A DNA stretch of 64,000 nucleotides from Patescibacteria group bacterium. Its GTDB lineage: Bacteria; Patescibacteriota; Microgenomatia; CAYGWK01. Shown here piece by piece: positions 24,453 to 32,811 of this stretch. The notes under the pieces were generated by a model, which was given only the letters and a program-made list of their open reading frames with translations, was not told the DNA's origin and made no database searches. The translations under genes and the position numbers were made by a program. The first letter of the stretch is position 1. Every line of letters begins with the position of its first letter. The stretch is from positions 89,416-153,415 of the forward strand of contig JBMORX010000010.1 in NCBI GenBank assembly GCA_049322615.1. Direction: 5' to 3'.

Positions 24453-26204
24453 ATGATTCGCGACCAGATTAAAAAAGATTTTGGAAAGGTTTTGGAAAAA
24501 CTGCGGATTTCCCCGGAGAAATTGGTTTTTGAGCACCCAGAAAATCCCGAATTTGGCGATTATTCGACGAATATTGCCCTAAAATTAAAAGTCAAAAGTC
24601 AAAAGTTAAAAGTTGCCAATCCTTTTGATTTGGCAAACAAAATTGTCAACACCTGGCGCTCTCAGGGATTGCCTGACTGGTTAGCCAAAATCCAGGTTGC
24701 TCCGCCGGGATTTATTAATTTGTGGCTAAAAGAAGACCTTCTTATCGGTCAACTTTCCCAAGTGCTAAGAGAAAAAGATGGATTCGGCAGGCTCGCCATT
24801 GGTAAGGGCAAAACCGTCATCGTTGACTATTCTTCGCCCAATATTGCCAAGCCTTTTGGTATCGGTCATCTTCGCTCAACCATTATTGGTCAGGCGCTTT
24901 ATAATCTTTATAAATTCTTGGGTTTTAAGGTTATCGGTGATAACCATTTGGGCGATTGGGGGACACAATTTGGGAAATTAATTTACCAAATTAAAAGTCA
25001 AAAATTAAAAGTTAAAAATTTGACGATTGAGGATTTGGAGAGACTCTACGTTGACTTTCATAAGAAGGCAGAAGAAAATCCCAAACTTGAGGATGAGGCA
25101 AGAGCCTGGTTTAAAAAACTTGAAGAAGGGGATAAAGAGGCGAGAAAAATCTGGCAAGCCTGTGTCGATATATCCCTCCGGGAATTTGCCCGAGTTTATA
25201 AACTTTTAGGCATAAAATTTGACGTTTCTTACGGCGAAAGTTTTTATGAAGGTAAAATGGCAGAGGTTGTCTTTGAAGCCAAGAAAAAGGGAATCGCCAA
25301 AGAAAGCCAAGGCGCCCTGATTATTCCCATCCCAGGAATGGAAACTCCTTTGATGCTTTTAAAATCTGATGGGGCGACCACCTACGAAACCCGGGAGTTG
25401 GCAACGATTAAATATAGAAAAAAGCGCTGGCACCCGGTTCTTGCGATTTGGGAAGTTGGAGCAGATCAAAAATTTCATTTTCTAAAGTCTTTTGCCGCCG
25501 CCGAACTACTTGGTTACGGAAAAATGCAGCAGTTTGTTCATGTTCCTCATGGTTTGATACGGTGGGTTTATGGCAAATTTTCCACCAGAAAAGGAGAGAC
25601 AATTCATTTGGAAGAGGTTTTAAGTGAGGCAATAAAGCGGGCGGAAAAGATAATTTCCGAATCGGAAACCAGTCGCGGACTTTCCAAAAAAGAGAAAAAA
25701 GAGGTCGCCGAAGCGGTTGGGGTTGGAGCAGTTGTCTATTTTGATCTATCTCATCAGCCGGAAACAGACATTATTTTTGACTGGGAGAAGATTTTTGTTT
25801 TGGAGGGCAATTCCGGACCGTATTTACAGTATACTTATGCTCGTTGCCAGTCGGTCTTGGCTAAAGCCAAACTTAAGCAATTTAGCAATCTAGCAATCGA
25901 GCAATCTAGCAATTTGAACCCGGAAGAATTATCAATTTTGCGCACCATTTACAAGTTTCCTGAAGTGGTTCAATCTTCAGCCGAGGCTTTCTCGCCAAAT
26001 CTGCTTTGCAATTTTCTTTTTGATTTGTGCCAAAAATATAATCTTTTTTACCAAAAACACCCGATCCTGAAACCGCAAAAACGCGGAAATTTAGCAGAAA
26101 CGCAGAAAATAAGAGAACTCCGACTTGGTTTAACCGCCGCCACTGGTCAGGTTTTGCAGAATGGATTGACGTTATTGGGAATAAAAACATTGGAGAGAAT
26201 GTAA
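24453..26204 (+). CDS. argS: Arginyl-tRNA synthetase.
   Basis: 583 aa with SSPNIAKPFGIGHLRSTIIGQALYNLYKF (class-I HIGH region of ArgRS). It contains two in-frame copies of an AAAAGTCAAAAGT-type repeat (24588-24612 and 24988-25018, peptide KSQKLKV) and a 4x ~8-nt AGCAATCT repeat (25880-25912). Confidence 0.93.
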   Translation: MIRDQIKKDFGKVLEKLRISPEKLVFEHPENPEFGDYSTNIALKLKVKSQKLKVANPFDLANKIVNTWRSQGLPDWLAKIQVAPPGFINLWLKEDLLIGQLSQVLREKDGFGRLAIGKGKTVIVDYSSPNIAKPFGIGHLRSTIIGQALYNLYKFLGFKVIGDNHLGDWGTQFGKLIYQIKSQKLKVKNLTIEDLERLYVDFHKKAEENPKLEDEARAWFKKLEEGDKEARKIWQACVDISLREFARVYKLLGIKFDVSYGESFYEGKMAEVVFEAKKKGIAKESQGALIIPIPGMETPLMLLKSDGATTYETRELATIKYRKKRWHPVLAIWEVGADQKFHFLKSFAAAELLGYGKMQQFVHVPHGLIRWVYGKFSTRKGETIHLEEVLSEAIKRAEKIISESETSRGLSKKEKKEVAEAVGVGAVVYFDLSHQPETDIIFDWEKIFVLEGNSGPYLQYTYARCQSVLAKAKLKQFSNLAIEQSSNLNPEELSILRTIYKFPEVVQSSAEAFSPNLLCNFLFDLCQKYNLFYQKHPILKPQKRGNLAETQKIRELRLGLTAATGQVLQNGLTLLGIKTLERM

Positions 26205-26220
26205 GGTTAGGAGAATCGGA

Positions 26221-26365
26221 AAAATTCGGAGGATCAGAACACTCAGAGAAATCAGTGTGTCAGAGAATCAGATAAATCAGAGGGTCAGAATGTCAGATTT
26301 TCTGAGTTTCTGGAACTCTGAAATTCTGGTTCTCTGAGTATTCCGAGTATTCTGAAATCTCTGAA
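26221..26365. repeat. Palindromic ATCAGA-array element, copy 1. About eight forward TCAGA units are followed by about seven inverted TCTGA units, with long hairpin potential.
   Basis: ggatcagaacactcagagaaatcagtgtgtcagagaatcagataaatcagagggtcagaatgtcagattttctgagtttctggaactctgaaattctggttctctgagtattccgagtattctgaaatctctgaa. The reverse complement of 51770-51890 aligns with it at high identity (estimated by eye). Confidence 0.8.
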
Positions 26366-26368
26366 AAT

Positions 26369-27637
26369 ATGGATTATAAAAAAACTATTCTTAAAAACGA
26401 CCTGCAACTTTTAACCGTCTCCATGCCTCATGTTGAATCGGTGACCGTCATGGTTGGGGTTGGGGCTGGCTCAAGATATGAGACCAAAAACCTAGTTGGT
26501 CTTTTCCATTTCCTCGAGCACATGGCTTTCAAGGGAACAAAAAAACGACCGTCGGCTTTGGCGATTTCTTCGGCAATTGATGGAGTTGGGGGAGAGTTTA
26601 ACGCTTCAACTGACAAAGAAATAACTTTATATTACGTTAAACTGGCGGCTAAACACCAAGAACTTGCTTTTGATATTTTGAGCGATATGCTGACCAATTC
26701 GCTTTTCAAAAGAGAAGAGATTGAGCGAGACCGGGGAGTGATTATTGAGGAACTAAATATGTTTGAGGATACGCCAATGAGGCGAATTTTAGATGTTTTT
26801 GTCAGGCTTCTTTATGGTGATAACCCAATGGGGTGGGATATTGGCGGCGAGAAGAAGACGATTAGGCAAATTAAAAGAGAAGACTTCTTAAATTTTCAAG
26901 AAAAACTTTATTACGCTAGTAATATGGCTTTGATTGTCGCTGGTAAGATTAACGAAAAAGAAATAAGAAGCCTGGCTAGTCAATATTTTTCTGGCTTAAG
27001 AAAAACCGGGCAAAAGCCATCAAAAGAGATAAAACTACAACAGGCGAGACCGCAGGTGAAACTGGTGAGCAAAAAAACCGAACAGGCTCATTTTTGTTTA
27101 GGGGTGCCTGGATTTTGGTATTCTCATCCGGACAGGTTTGTCATCGCCGTTTTGGCGGCAATTTTAGGCGGCGGGATGAGTTCAAGGCTATTTATCCAAG
27201 TTAGGGAGCGGCGAGGTTTGGCTTATTATGTTGCCTGCACGCCTGAATTTTTCCTCGATTCTGGCTTTTTGCTTGCCCGGGCCGGGGTAAAACTTGAAAA
27301 AATTGATGAGGCAATAAAAGTTTGTTTAGACCAATTTTTTGATTTAGGAAAAAAGAAAGTATCTCAAAAAGAACTTTCCAAAGCCAAAGAATACTTAAAA
27401 GGAGGTTTGATTTTGGCTTTAGAGGATTCAAAACAAGTGGCGGAACGCTATGTTGTTCAGGCACTTTTAGAGGAGAGAATCAGAACGCCGGAGGAGGTGA
27501 TGAAGTTAATTGATAAAGTAACGGTTGACGATGTTCAAAAAGTGGCTAAAGAAATTTTTCAACAAAAAAATTTAAATCTAGCGATTATTAGTCCCTACCG
27601 GGAGGAAAGCCGTTTTCGGAAGCTTTTAGGGCTTTAA
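26369..27637 (+). CDS. M16-family (insulinase/pitrilysin-like) zinc peptidase.
   Basis: HFLEHMAFKGT inverted zinc-binding motif HxxEH. 422 aa. Confidence 0.85.
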   Translation: MDYKKTILKNDLQLLTVSMPHVESVTVMVGVGAGSRYETKNLVGLFHFLEHMAFKGTKKRPSALAISSAIDGVGGEFNASTDKEITLYYVKLAAKHQELAFDILSDMLTNSLFKREEIERDRGVIIEELNMFEDTPMRRILDVFVRLLYGDNPMGWDIGGEKKTIRQIKREDFLNFQEKLYYASNMALIVAGKINEKEIRSLASQYFSGLRKTGQKPSKEIKLQQARPQVKLVSKKTEQAHFCLGVPGFWYSHPDRFVIAVLAAILGGGMSSRLFIQVRERRGLAYYVACTPEFFLDSGFLLARAGVKLEKIDEAIKVCLDQFFDLGKKKVSQKELSKAKEYLKGGLILALEDSKQVAERYVVQALLEERIRTPEEVMKLIDKVTVDDVQKVAKEIFQQKNLNLAIISPYREESRFRKLLGL

Positions 27638-27641
27638 ACTC

Positions 27642-27700
27642 ATAAAAAAACCGCCCGCAAGGTTTCGAGAATTTTTATACCCTGACGGGCGGTCATTTTG
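27642..27700 (+). terminator. Rho-independent terminator (possibly bidirectional).
   Basis: aaaaaaaccgcccgcaagg...ccctgacgggcggtcattttgtg. A GC stem (CCGCCCG/CGGGCGG) is followed by a T-run, and an A-run precedes it. Confidence 0.7.
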
Positions 27701-27723
27701 TGCCCCAATTTCCCTCTTTCTTA

Positions 27724-27900
27724 CTCTCCCAACTCGTACCAATGCGTAATTAGTTGGCGGAGGCGCCAGGGGAGCGATCCCTTTAGTTTAGCCCACTTTG
27801 GTGCCCCAAGCCACCAGAGAATCATTAGCGCACCGAGGATAAAGAGAGTAAAATAGACGAGCGGGCAAATCACGAAAAGTTGGAGTATTACCTCTGACAT
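27724..27900 (-). CDS. Small hydrophobic protein (58 aa, below the ORF-track cutoff).
   Basis: RC translation MSEVILQLFVICPLVYFTLFILGALMILWWLGAPKWAKLKGSLPWRLRQLITHWYELGE. Single TM helix. Confidence 0.3.
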
Positions 27901-28361
27901 TTTCTTCCTTCCTTACTTTAGTCGCTTTAGTCGAGAGAGCCATAACGCCAGAATGGCAACTATCGCTCCCACCAAAAGAAGCGTCCCGCAAAAGAAAGTA
28001 AAGACTTCATACTCCACCTCTCTTCCTCCTTCATTTTTTAAAGTTCCTCGCGGAAACCCGAGAAGCGCCCCTGCTTCTTCCACGAGTCAAATTTGCTGAA
28101 ATTATACCAAGGTTTAAGTAAAAGTCAAATTCGCCTAAATTCTGCACCTTCCACCTTTCAATTTTGTCGAGATTTACGAAAAAGTTAGAACCGAATTTCA
28201 AAGTTGTTAGCTCGCCTCGCTCCGCTCGGCTCGCAACTCCGGCGCGGCGCCCGCACCCGCCGCGCCTCCTAACGTGTCGACTCGAATGAGTCCGCCTTTG
28301 GCGGACTCAAAAGAAAACACAAAAATTTTAAAGAACTTTTATTAATCTCAAATGACCCATC

Positions 28362-28430
28362 CGGTGGACTCGGTAAGGATTGCTTCAACCGTCCGAATGG
28401 GTCATTAAAAAAGCAATCCTTCTTTAATAC
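28362..28430 (+). promoter_or_regulatory. Interleaved inverted repeats with pseudoknot-type topology (A B A' B'), upstream of the sugar-transferase gene.
   Basis: A=aatgacccat (28362-71), B=aaggattgctt (28378-88), A'=atgggtcatt (28404-13), B'=aagcaatcctt (28420-30). A GC-rich tract atypical for this window precedes it (28200-28290). Confidence 0.35.
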
Positions 28431-28493
28431 CGAGTCCAATAATAATATACAAATTTTCTTTGATAAAAACAATATCTATTTTTCGATTAGTTT

Positions 28494-29303
28494 TTGGTTG
28501 ATTACAGCAGGCTAAAACACTATAATATCACCATGCGCGAGAATGAACAGTGTATTACGCCAAATTTTACAACAAGAATTGACCAATGGTTGCGCCGAGA
28601 AGATACATGGTTGGCTAAAGGATTAAAAAGAATTAATTCCTTAGAAGGAGCAGAATATCGAATAAGTAAAACAAAACGAGTAACAGATGTAGCGATTGCA
28701 TTACCTATGGCCACCTTAGCTTCTCTACCAACAGGAATATTCCTAGTTGCGACTACAATTCAGAAACCAATCGGATATCCATTTTACTGGCAAGAAAGAC
28801 GCAAGACAAGAGATCAAACTATTAAAATTACAAAATTCCGTACCATGAGAATGAAATCAGATTCCGATCCTAATCTAACTTTGACACATGGTGCAGAATA
28901 TTCTCCAGAAGATGATCCTAGAAATACCCGTTTAGGAAAAATACTAAGAGCATTTGAGTTTGACGAATTACCACAACTATTTGAGGTTCTTTCTGGTAAG
29001 TTATCACTCATCGATATTAGAAGTATGGCAACACCAGATTTTAATATTGTCAGGGAACATAGACCAGAAACTTATGAGGAGTGGGAAAATGCCTATTTTG
29101 AAGGTATTCCTGGAGTTTTTTCTTTAAATTCGGCGATGAATAAGGATAGAAAACACATATTGAAACGTCAACACTTCGATATTTTTTATGCCGAGCATGC
29201 AAGTTTAGGATTAGATCTTTTCATTTTGTATCGAACGGGCCTAAAAATGATACGAAAAGCAAGTCAAAAATTAGGACTGACTGGTGGGAAATCTGTTGTT
29301 TAA
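28494..29303 (+). CDS. Sugar transferase of the Bac_transf family (polyprenyl-phosphate glycosyl-1-phosphate transferase, WbaP C-terminal-like).
   Basis: KFRTMR...DPRNTRLGKILRAFEFDELPQLFEVLSGKLSLI matches the bacterial sugar transferase signature. The start may be downstream of 28494. Confidence 0.78.
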   Translation: MVDYSRLKHYNITMRENEQCITPNFTTRIDQWLRREDTWLAKGLKRINSLEGAEYRISKTKRVTDVAIALPMATLASLPTGIFLVATTIQKPIGYPFYWQERRKTRDQTIKITKFRTMRMKSDSDPNLTLTHGAEYSPEDDPRNTRLGKILRAFEFDELPQLFEVLSGKLSLIDIRSMATPDFNIVREHRPETYEEWENAYFEGIPGVFSLNSAMNKDRKHILKRQHFDIFYAEHASLGLDLFILYRTGLKMIRKASQKLGLTGGKSVV

Positions 29304-29314
29304 ATCAAAAGATT

Positions 29315-30076
29315 TTAAACTTTCTTTCCTACCACTCCAATAAAATTTAGGCAGTGTCTAGCGAGCCAAGATCTTTGAAACCCAGAACTGGGTCTGAGAA
29401 AATTTGTTTTTCTTTCTTCGTCTCTTCTTTTTATATTATTTGACATTCTTCTTAAATCACTTCTTAAGCCTAACCCTAAAGATGGTCCAAACCCCCACCC
29501 GTACGAGGTTACAAACTCTAATCCAAGATTATCAAGTATTTCTTTGAGTTGACTTTCCGTATAATCTCTCTCCCAGCCAAAGGGCCATTTACCCAAACTC
29601 ATCAGCATTCTCTTGCTTATTGCCTGAAGGCTAAATAACTGTGGTACATCAATTAAAATGAAACCTCCTGGTTTTACTACCCTTTTTTGTTCTGAAATGA
29701 GAAGGTTTGGAGGTTGATAGTGTTCAATTAATCCCTGAGAAAAAACTAAGTCAAAACTATTATCGTTGAAAGGTAAGCTTTTTGCGTCGGCCATCACAAG
29801 AATAAGTTTTACCTTCCGTCTTTCAGCTAAGTTTCCAGAAACTGCCAAAGCCGTATTGCTAAAGTCTAATGCATAGCAATCAGCTCCCATCTTAGATAGG
29901 GCTACCGAATCACCAGCTTTTCCACATCCTACTTCCAACACTTTCTTTCCAGTGATATCACCATCCATAAGTTCATTAATACACTGTAATAAAGTGCTAT
30001 TGGTAACAGGAGCCCAATCCTTTCTTTGCCAAAATTGATCCCAAATTTCTGGTTTTGATTCATGATTAAAACTCAT
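29315..30076 (-). CDS. Class I SAM-dependent methyltransferase.
   Basis: VLEVGCGKAGDSVALSKMGADCYALDFS (motif I GxGxG plus acidic motif II). Confidence 0.75.
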   Translation of the reverse strand: MSFNHESKPEIWDQFWQRKDWAPVTNSTLLQCINELMDGDITGKKVLEVGCGKAGDSVALSKMGADCYALDFSNTALAVSGNLAERRKVKLILVMADAKSLPFNDNSFDLVFSQGLIEHYQPPNLLISEQKRVVKPGGFILIDVPQLFSLQAISKRMLMSLGKWPFGWERDYTESQLKEILDNLGLEFVTSYGWGFGPSLGLGLRSDLRRMSNNIKRRDEERKTNFLRPSSGFQRSWLARHCLNFIGVVGKKV

Positions 30077-30434
30077 AGCAACGTATTATATCAATCTAAT
30101 ACGAAAAAATCTAAAAATTATTATTTTCTATATAATGGAAATGCGTTATTATTATTTAGGGATTAGTGATAGAATAGGTATAATTATCAATAAAAAAATA
30201 GCGATTGCGAAGCAATCGCAAAATCGCGCGCGCAAAAAATAATTGCGAAGAATTAGCATTCTTCGCAAAACGTGTCGGCTCGAACTTCTTTTTATCTAAT
30301 CGGCAGCTCTCGGCAGAATATAAGCAGAGCTTGATTTTTCGCTTTGCTCAAAATTAAAAAGGGCTTTGCGGCGCTCCGTGCGGGCGGCGGCGCACGGAGC
30401 GCCTCCACCTCGACGGACTCTTTTTCTCTTTTTG

Positions 30435-30602
30435 TCGGAGAGCCGGGACTCGAACCCGGGACCTCCCCGTACAAATTTCGGACTTCTGGTCGGAGCGGTG
30501 AGAATTGGACTCACTACCTCTCGGTCCCGAACCGAGCGTTCTGCCGATGAACTACGCTCCGAAATTGTTACGGGGCAGCGCTACCAACTGCGCTACCCTC
30601 CG
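30435..30602 (-). tRNA. Composite tRNA locus. The outer tRNA has a canonical D arm (GCGCAGTTGGTAGCGC), T arm (CCGGGTTCGAGTCCCGG) and acceptor pairing (CGGAGGG/CTCTCCG). Its anticodon arm is replaced by a 17-bp extended stem capped by a ~75-nt tRNA-shaped insert.
   Basis: RC of 30435-30602 reads cggagggtagcgcagttggtagcgctgccccgtaacaatttcgg[agcgtag...ctccgacca]gaagtccgaaatttgtacggggaggtcccgggttcgagtcccggctctccga. The long stem CCCCGTAACAATTTCGG/CCGAAATTTGTACGGGG is nearly perfect. A possible mature anticodon loop TTTGTAC would give UGU (Thr) if the insert is removed. Confidence 0.55.
30487..30561 (-). tRNA. Inner tRNA-like element with a CGG anticodon (Pro-like), an encoded CCA, and an atypical T-loop (TCCAATT).
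   Basis: cggagcg-ta-gttc-atcggca-gaac-g-ctcgg-ttcggga-ccgag-aggta-gtgag-tccaatt-ctcac-cgctccg-a-cca. All four stems are perfect, but T54-Psi55 would read U-C, so it may be an intron or pseudo-tRNA rather than a functional tRNA. Confidence 0.4.
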
Positions 30603-30650
30603 AAATTATTATTATTTTAGCCCTTTTCGTGGTAAAATACAAATAAGAAC

Positions 30651-31241
30651 ATGCTGCCTAAATACAAATACCTTTTGACTTACCGTTATGCCGAAATTAT
30701 TCAGGACGGAACAAACGATTTTTGTCTAAGACACTTAAGTGACTTAAGAAACTTAAGAATTCCTACGAGGCGGACTGTCGAGCAGATGACGCAAAGCGGC
30801 CGGAGTCTGAAACAAAATATTATTGAGGCAGTAAGCGATAGTCTGACTTCGAAAAAAACCGAGATTAAACTTTTGGGAGTAGCCTACGGTTCGGTTGAAG
30901 AATTGATTGCCGATTTTGAAGATTTTTTAAGACAAAGAAACCTGCAAATTTGGCCGAAAACAGATAAGCGAGTCTTAATCTTTCGTCGACTTGGGTATCG
31001 CTTAAGTAACCTAAGTAACCTAAGTAACCTAAGTAACCTAAGTAACTTAGGAAACTTAAAAGAAAAACTAGTTTTACCGGAAAATCCCGAAGAAGCGGCC
31101 AATTTACTTTTGACTTTGTGTCACATGGAGAGTTATCTTTTAAGTTGTCAAATTAAAGCGGCGGAAGAAAAATTTATCAAAGAAGGCGGCTACACGGAAA
31201 ACTTGTTTAAAAAGCGCCTTGAAAGTAGAATACTTAAGTAA
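30651..31241 (+). CDS. Four-helix-bundle protein with suffix (196 aa). It contains an in-frame tandem repeat.
   Basis: RRTVEQMTQSGRSLKQNIIEA...EGGYTENLFKKRLESRILK. An internal 5x 12-nt repeat AAGTAACCTAAG (31002-31056) encodes LSNLSNLSNLSNLGNL. Confidence 0.55.
   Translation: MLPKYKYLLTYRYAEIIQDGTNDFCLRHLSDLRNLRIPTRRTVEQMTQSGRSLKQNIIEAVSDSLTSKKTEIKLLGVAYGSVEELIADFEDFLRQRNLQIWPKTDKRVLIFRRLGYRLSNLSNLSNLSNLSNLGNLKEKLVLPENPEEAANLLLTLCHMESYLLSCQIKAAEEKFIKEGGYTENLFKKRLESRILK
31002..31056. repeat. 5x 12-nt tandem repeat (CTTAAGTAACCT-type) inside the four-helix-bundle gene. Further CTTAAG-containing repeats lie at 30740-30770 and 31232-31265.
   Basis: cttaagtaacctaagtaacctaagtaacctaagtaacctaagtaacttagga. 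Confidence 0.85.
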
Positions 31242-31268
31242 CTTAAGTGACTTAAGTTACTTAGGATT

Positions 31269-31340
31269 GTCCCCGTAGCTCAACGGACAGAGCAAGGGTT
31301 TCCTAAACCCTCGATGCAGGTTCGATTCCTGCCGGGGACA
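31269..31340 (+). tRNA. tRNA-Arg (anticodon CCU).
   Basis: gtccccg-ta-gctc-aacggaca-gagc-a-agggt-ttcctaa-accct-cgat-gcagg-ttcgatt-cctgc-cggggac-a. All stems are perfect and the anticodon loop is TTCCTAA. Confidence 0.85.
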
Positions 31341-31343
31341 CTA

Positions 31344-32588
31344 CTAGCGAAGTGAGATGGCGTAGAGGTTTAAGGGTAAGTCTTTACCCAAGGCAGTTAA
31401 AATTAGAATTTTGTTGCCAGCCGGGAAGGGAAAGGCGAATGGAAATTCATAAGGACCAGAATAAACCACTGTCCTGTTTGTTCCATCGTATTCCATAATA
31501 ATAATTTTTTCCTTTTCAACCTGAATTAAATGCTTGCTGGTGGGAAACCAGGCAATGTTTGCTCCTTCAGCCGCTATCCAGAAATTCCGATCCTCTTTGA
31601 TATCGTAAACATAGGTTTGACCTACTTTGATGGTTCTTTCTTGTTTTTGGGTTGAGGCAGCCGGTAACGCTGGTATTAGATTTTCTGAAATATTGGCCGA
31701 GGCAGTGGCGGTGTAGAGAATTTTTGTCTCATCGGGAGCAAAAACTATATCTTGAGATGAGCCTTGAATGATTTTCAAGAGTTCTTGGGGAAGCTTTTTT
31801 AATTTCTGATCCCCTCTTTCCTTTGCCTCTTTCTCCCAAAGGCGTTGAATTGTCGTTAAGTTTGCGAAAACATCAACTAGTTGGGTGTTGGTCGTAAAGA
31901 CGCTCACGTCAACTAAAAAATTTTCTTCGGTTTTTCCAAGCTTTTCAGTCACGGCTAGGCCGTGCCTAGACGGGAGGCTGACGAGAATCTGTTTTGAATC
32001 TGGAGACCATTTATAGGTTGATTTTGAGAAATCTCTTCCATGGAGAACACTTCGGACAATCTGTCTTGGTTCTTTGGGCAACCATTGTTGTCCAAATGGA
32101 AGTTCGGATAGATCCAGGACCCAAAGACCATTCTTGTCAACTTCAGCCCCGGAGACACTATAGACAATTTTTGTTCCGTCTGGAGAAAAAACCGGGTTTT
32201 GCGCTCCGGTAAAGGTTAAAGCCTTAAGATCAGATACCTGGGGAAAAAGATAGGCATCGGTTTTAACCACCAGTTCTTTTTCAATTTTTAGGGTCTTCTT
32301 CCAGGGAATAAAGCCATCTTTTTTGATTTCCACCTCATAAGTTCCAGGAGAAAGTGAGATGGTGGTATTGGTGGCACTTTTTAATTGATTGTTGAGCCAG
32401 ACTTGGGCTCCGTCGGGGATTGAAGTGGCGACTAAAAGCCCGGTTGGAAGAAAGGTTTTTTTACCAAGATCTGGTTTGTACCCTTTGGCTAGTTGTATCA
32501 CCAAGTATGTTGAGCCTAAAATGGCAAAAACTATGGTGATAAAGATTAAAAATCGTTTTCCTATCATATTATGGACAAAGTATATCAT
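31344..32588 (-). CDS. Membrane-anchored protein with a PEGA-like domain and a TolB-like beta-propeller (PD40-type repeats).
   Basis: N-terminal TM, then TYEVEIKKDGFIPWKKTLKI (PEGA-like), then repeated SPDG..I.. motifs (FSPDGTKIVYSV, WSPDSKQILVSL, FAPDETKILYTA). Confidence 0.55.
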   Translation of the reverse strand: MIYFVHNMIGKRFLIFITIVFAILGSTYLVIQLAKGYKPDLGKKTFLPTGLLVATSIPDGAQVWLNNQLKSATNTTISLSPGTYEVEIKKDGFIPWKKTLKIEKELVVKTDAYLFPQVSDLKALTFTGAQNPVFSPDGTKIVYSVSGAEVDKNGLWVLDLSELPFGQQWLPKEPRQIVRSVLHGRDFSKSTYKWSPDSKQILVSLPSRHGLAVTEKLGKTEENFLVDVSVFTTNTQLVDVFANLTTIQRLWEKEAKERGDQKLKKLPQELLKIIQGSSQDIVFAPDETKILYTATASANISENLIPALPAASTQKQERTIKVGQTYVYDIKEDRNFWIAAEGANIAWFPTSKHLIQVEKEKIIIMEYDGTNRTVVYSGPYEFPFAFPFPAGNKILILTALGKDLPLNLYAISLR

Positions 32589-32620
32589 AAGTTGGTATAA
32601 TTGGGAAGTTTTTGGTTTGT

Positions 32621-32811
32621 TGGCTCGGAGACGAACGTTTTGCTTGAGTTTAGAGATGACGTCCCGCTTTGCGGGACACGGCCTGCTTAGATGAAGATTT
32701 CAAAACTCAAGTTGTGTTCCGGGAGGCGCAGGCCTGTCACATTAAACTCTGCGCAAAAGTTGTCTCCTCGCCCTTAATTTCTTAATATCTTAGTCTCTTA
32801 ATATCTTAAAA
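32621..32811 (+). repeat. R-element copy 4 plus its tail, directly abutting the mreB start codon.
   Basis: Near-identical to copy 2 (22306-22456) except for the P2 hairpin loop. The tail cctcgcccttaatttcttaatatcttagtctcttaatatcttaaaa is followed by the ATG at 32812. Confidence 0.75.
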
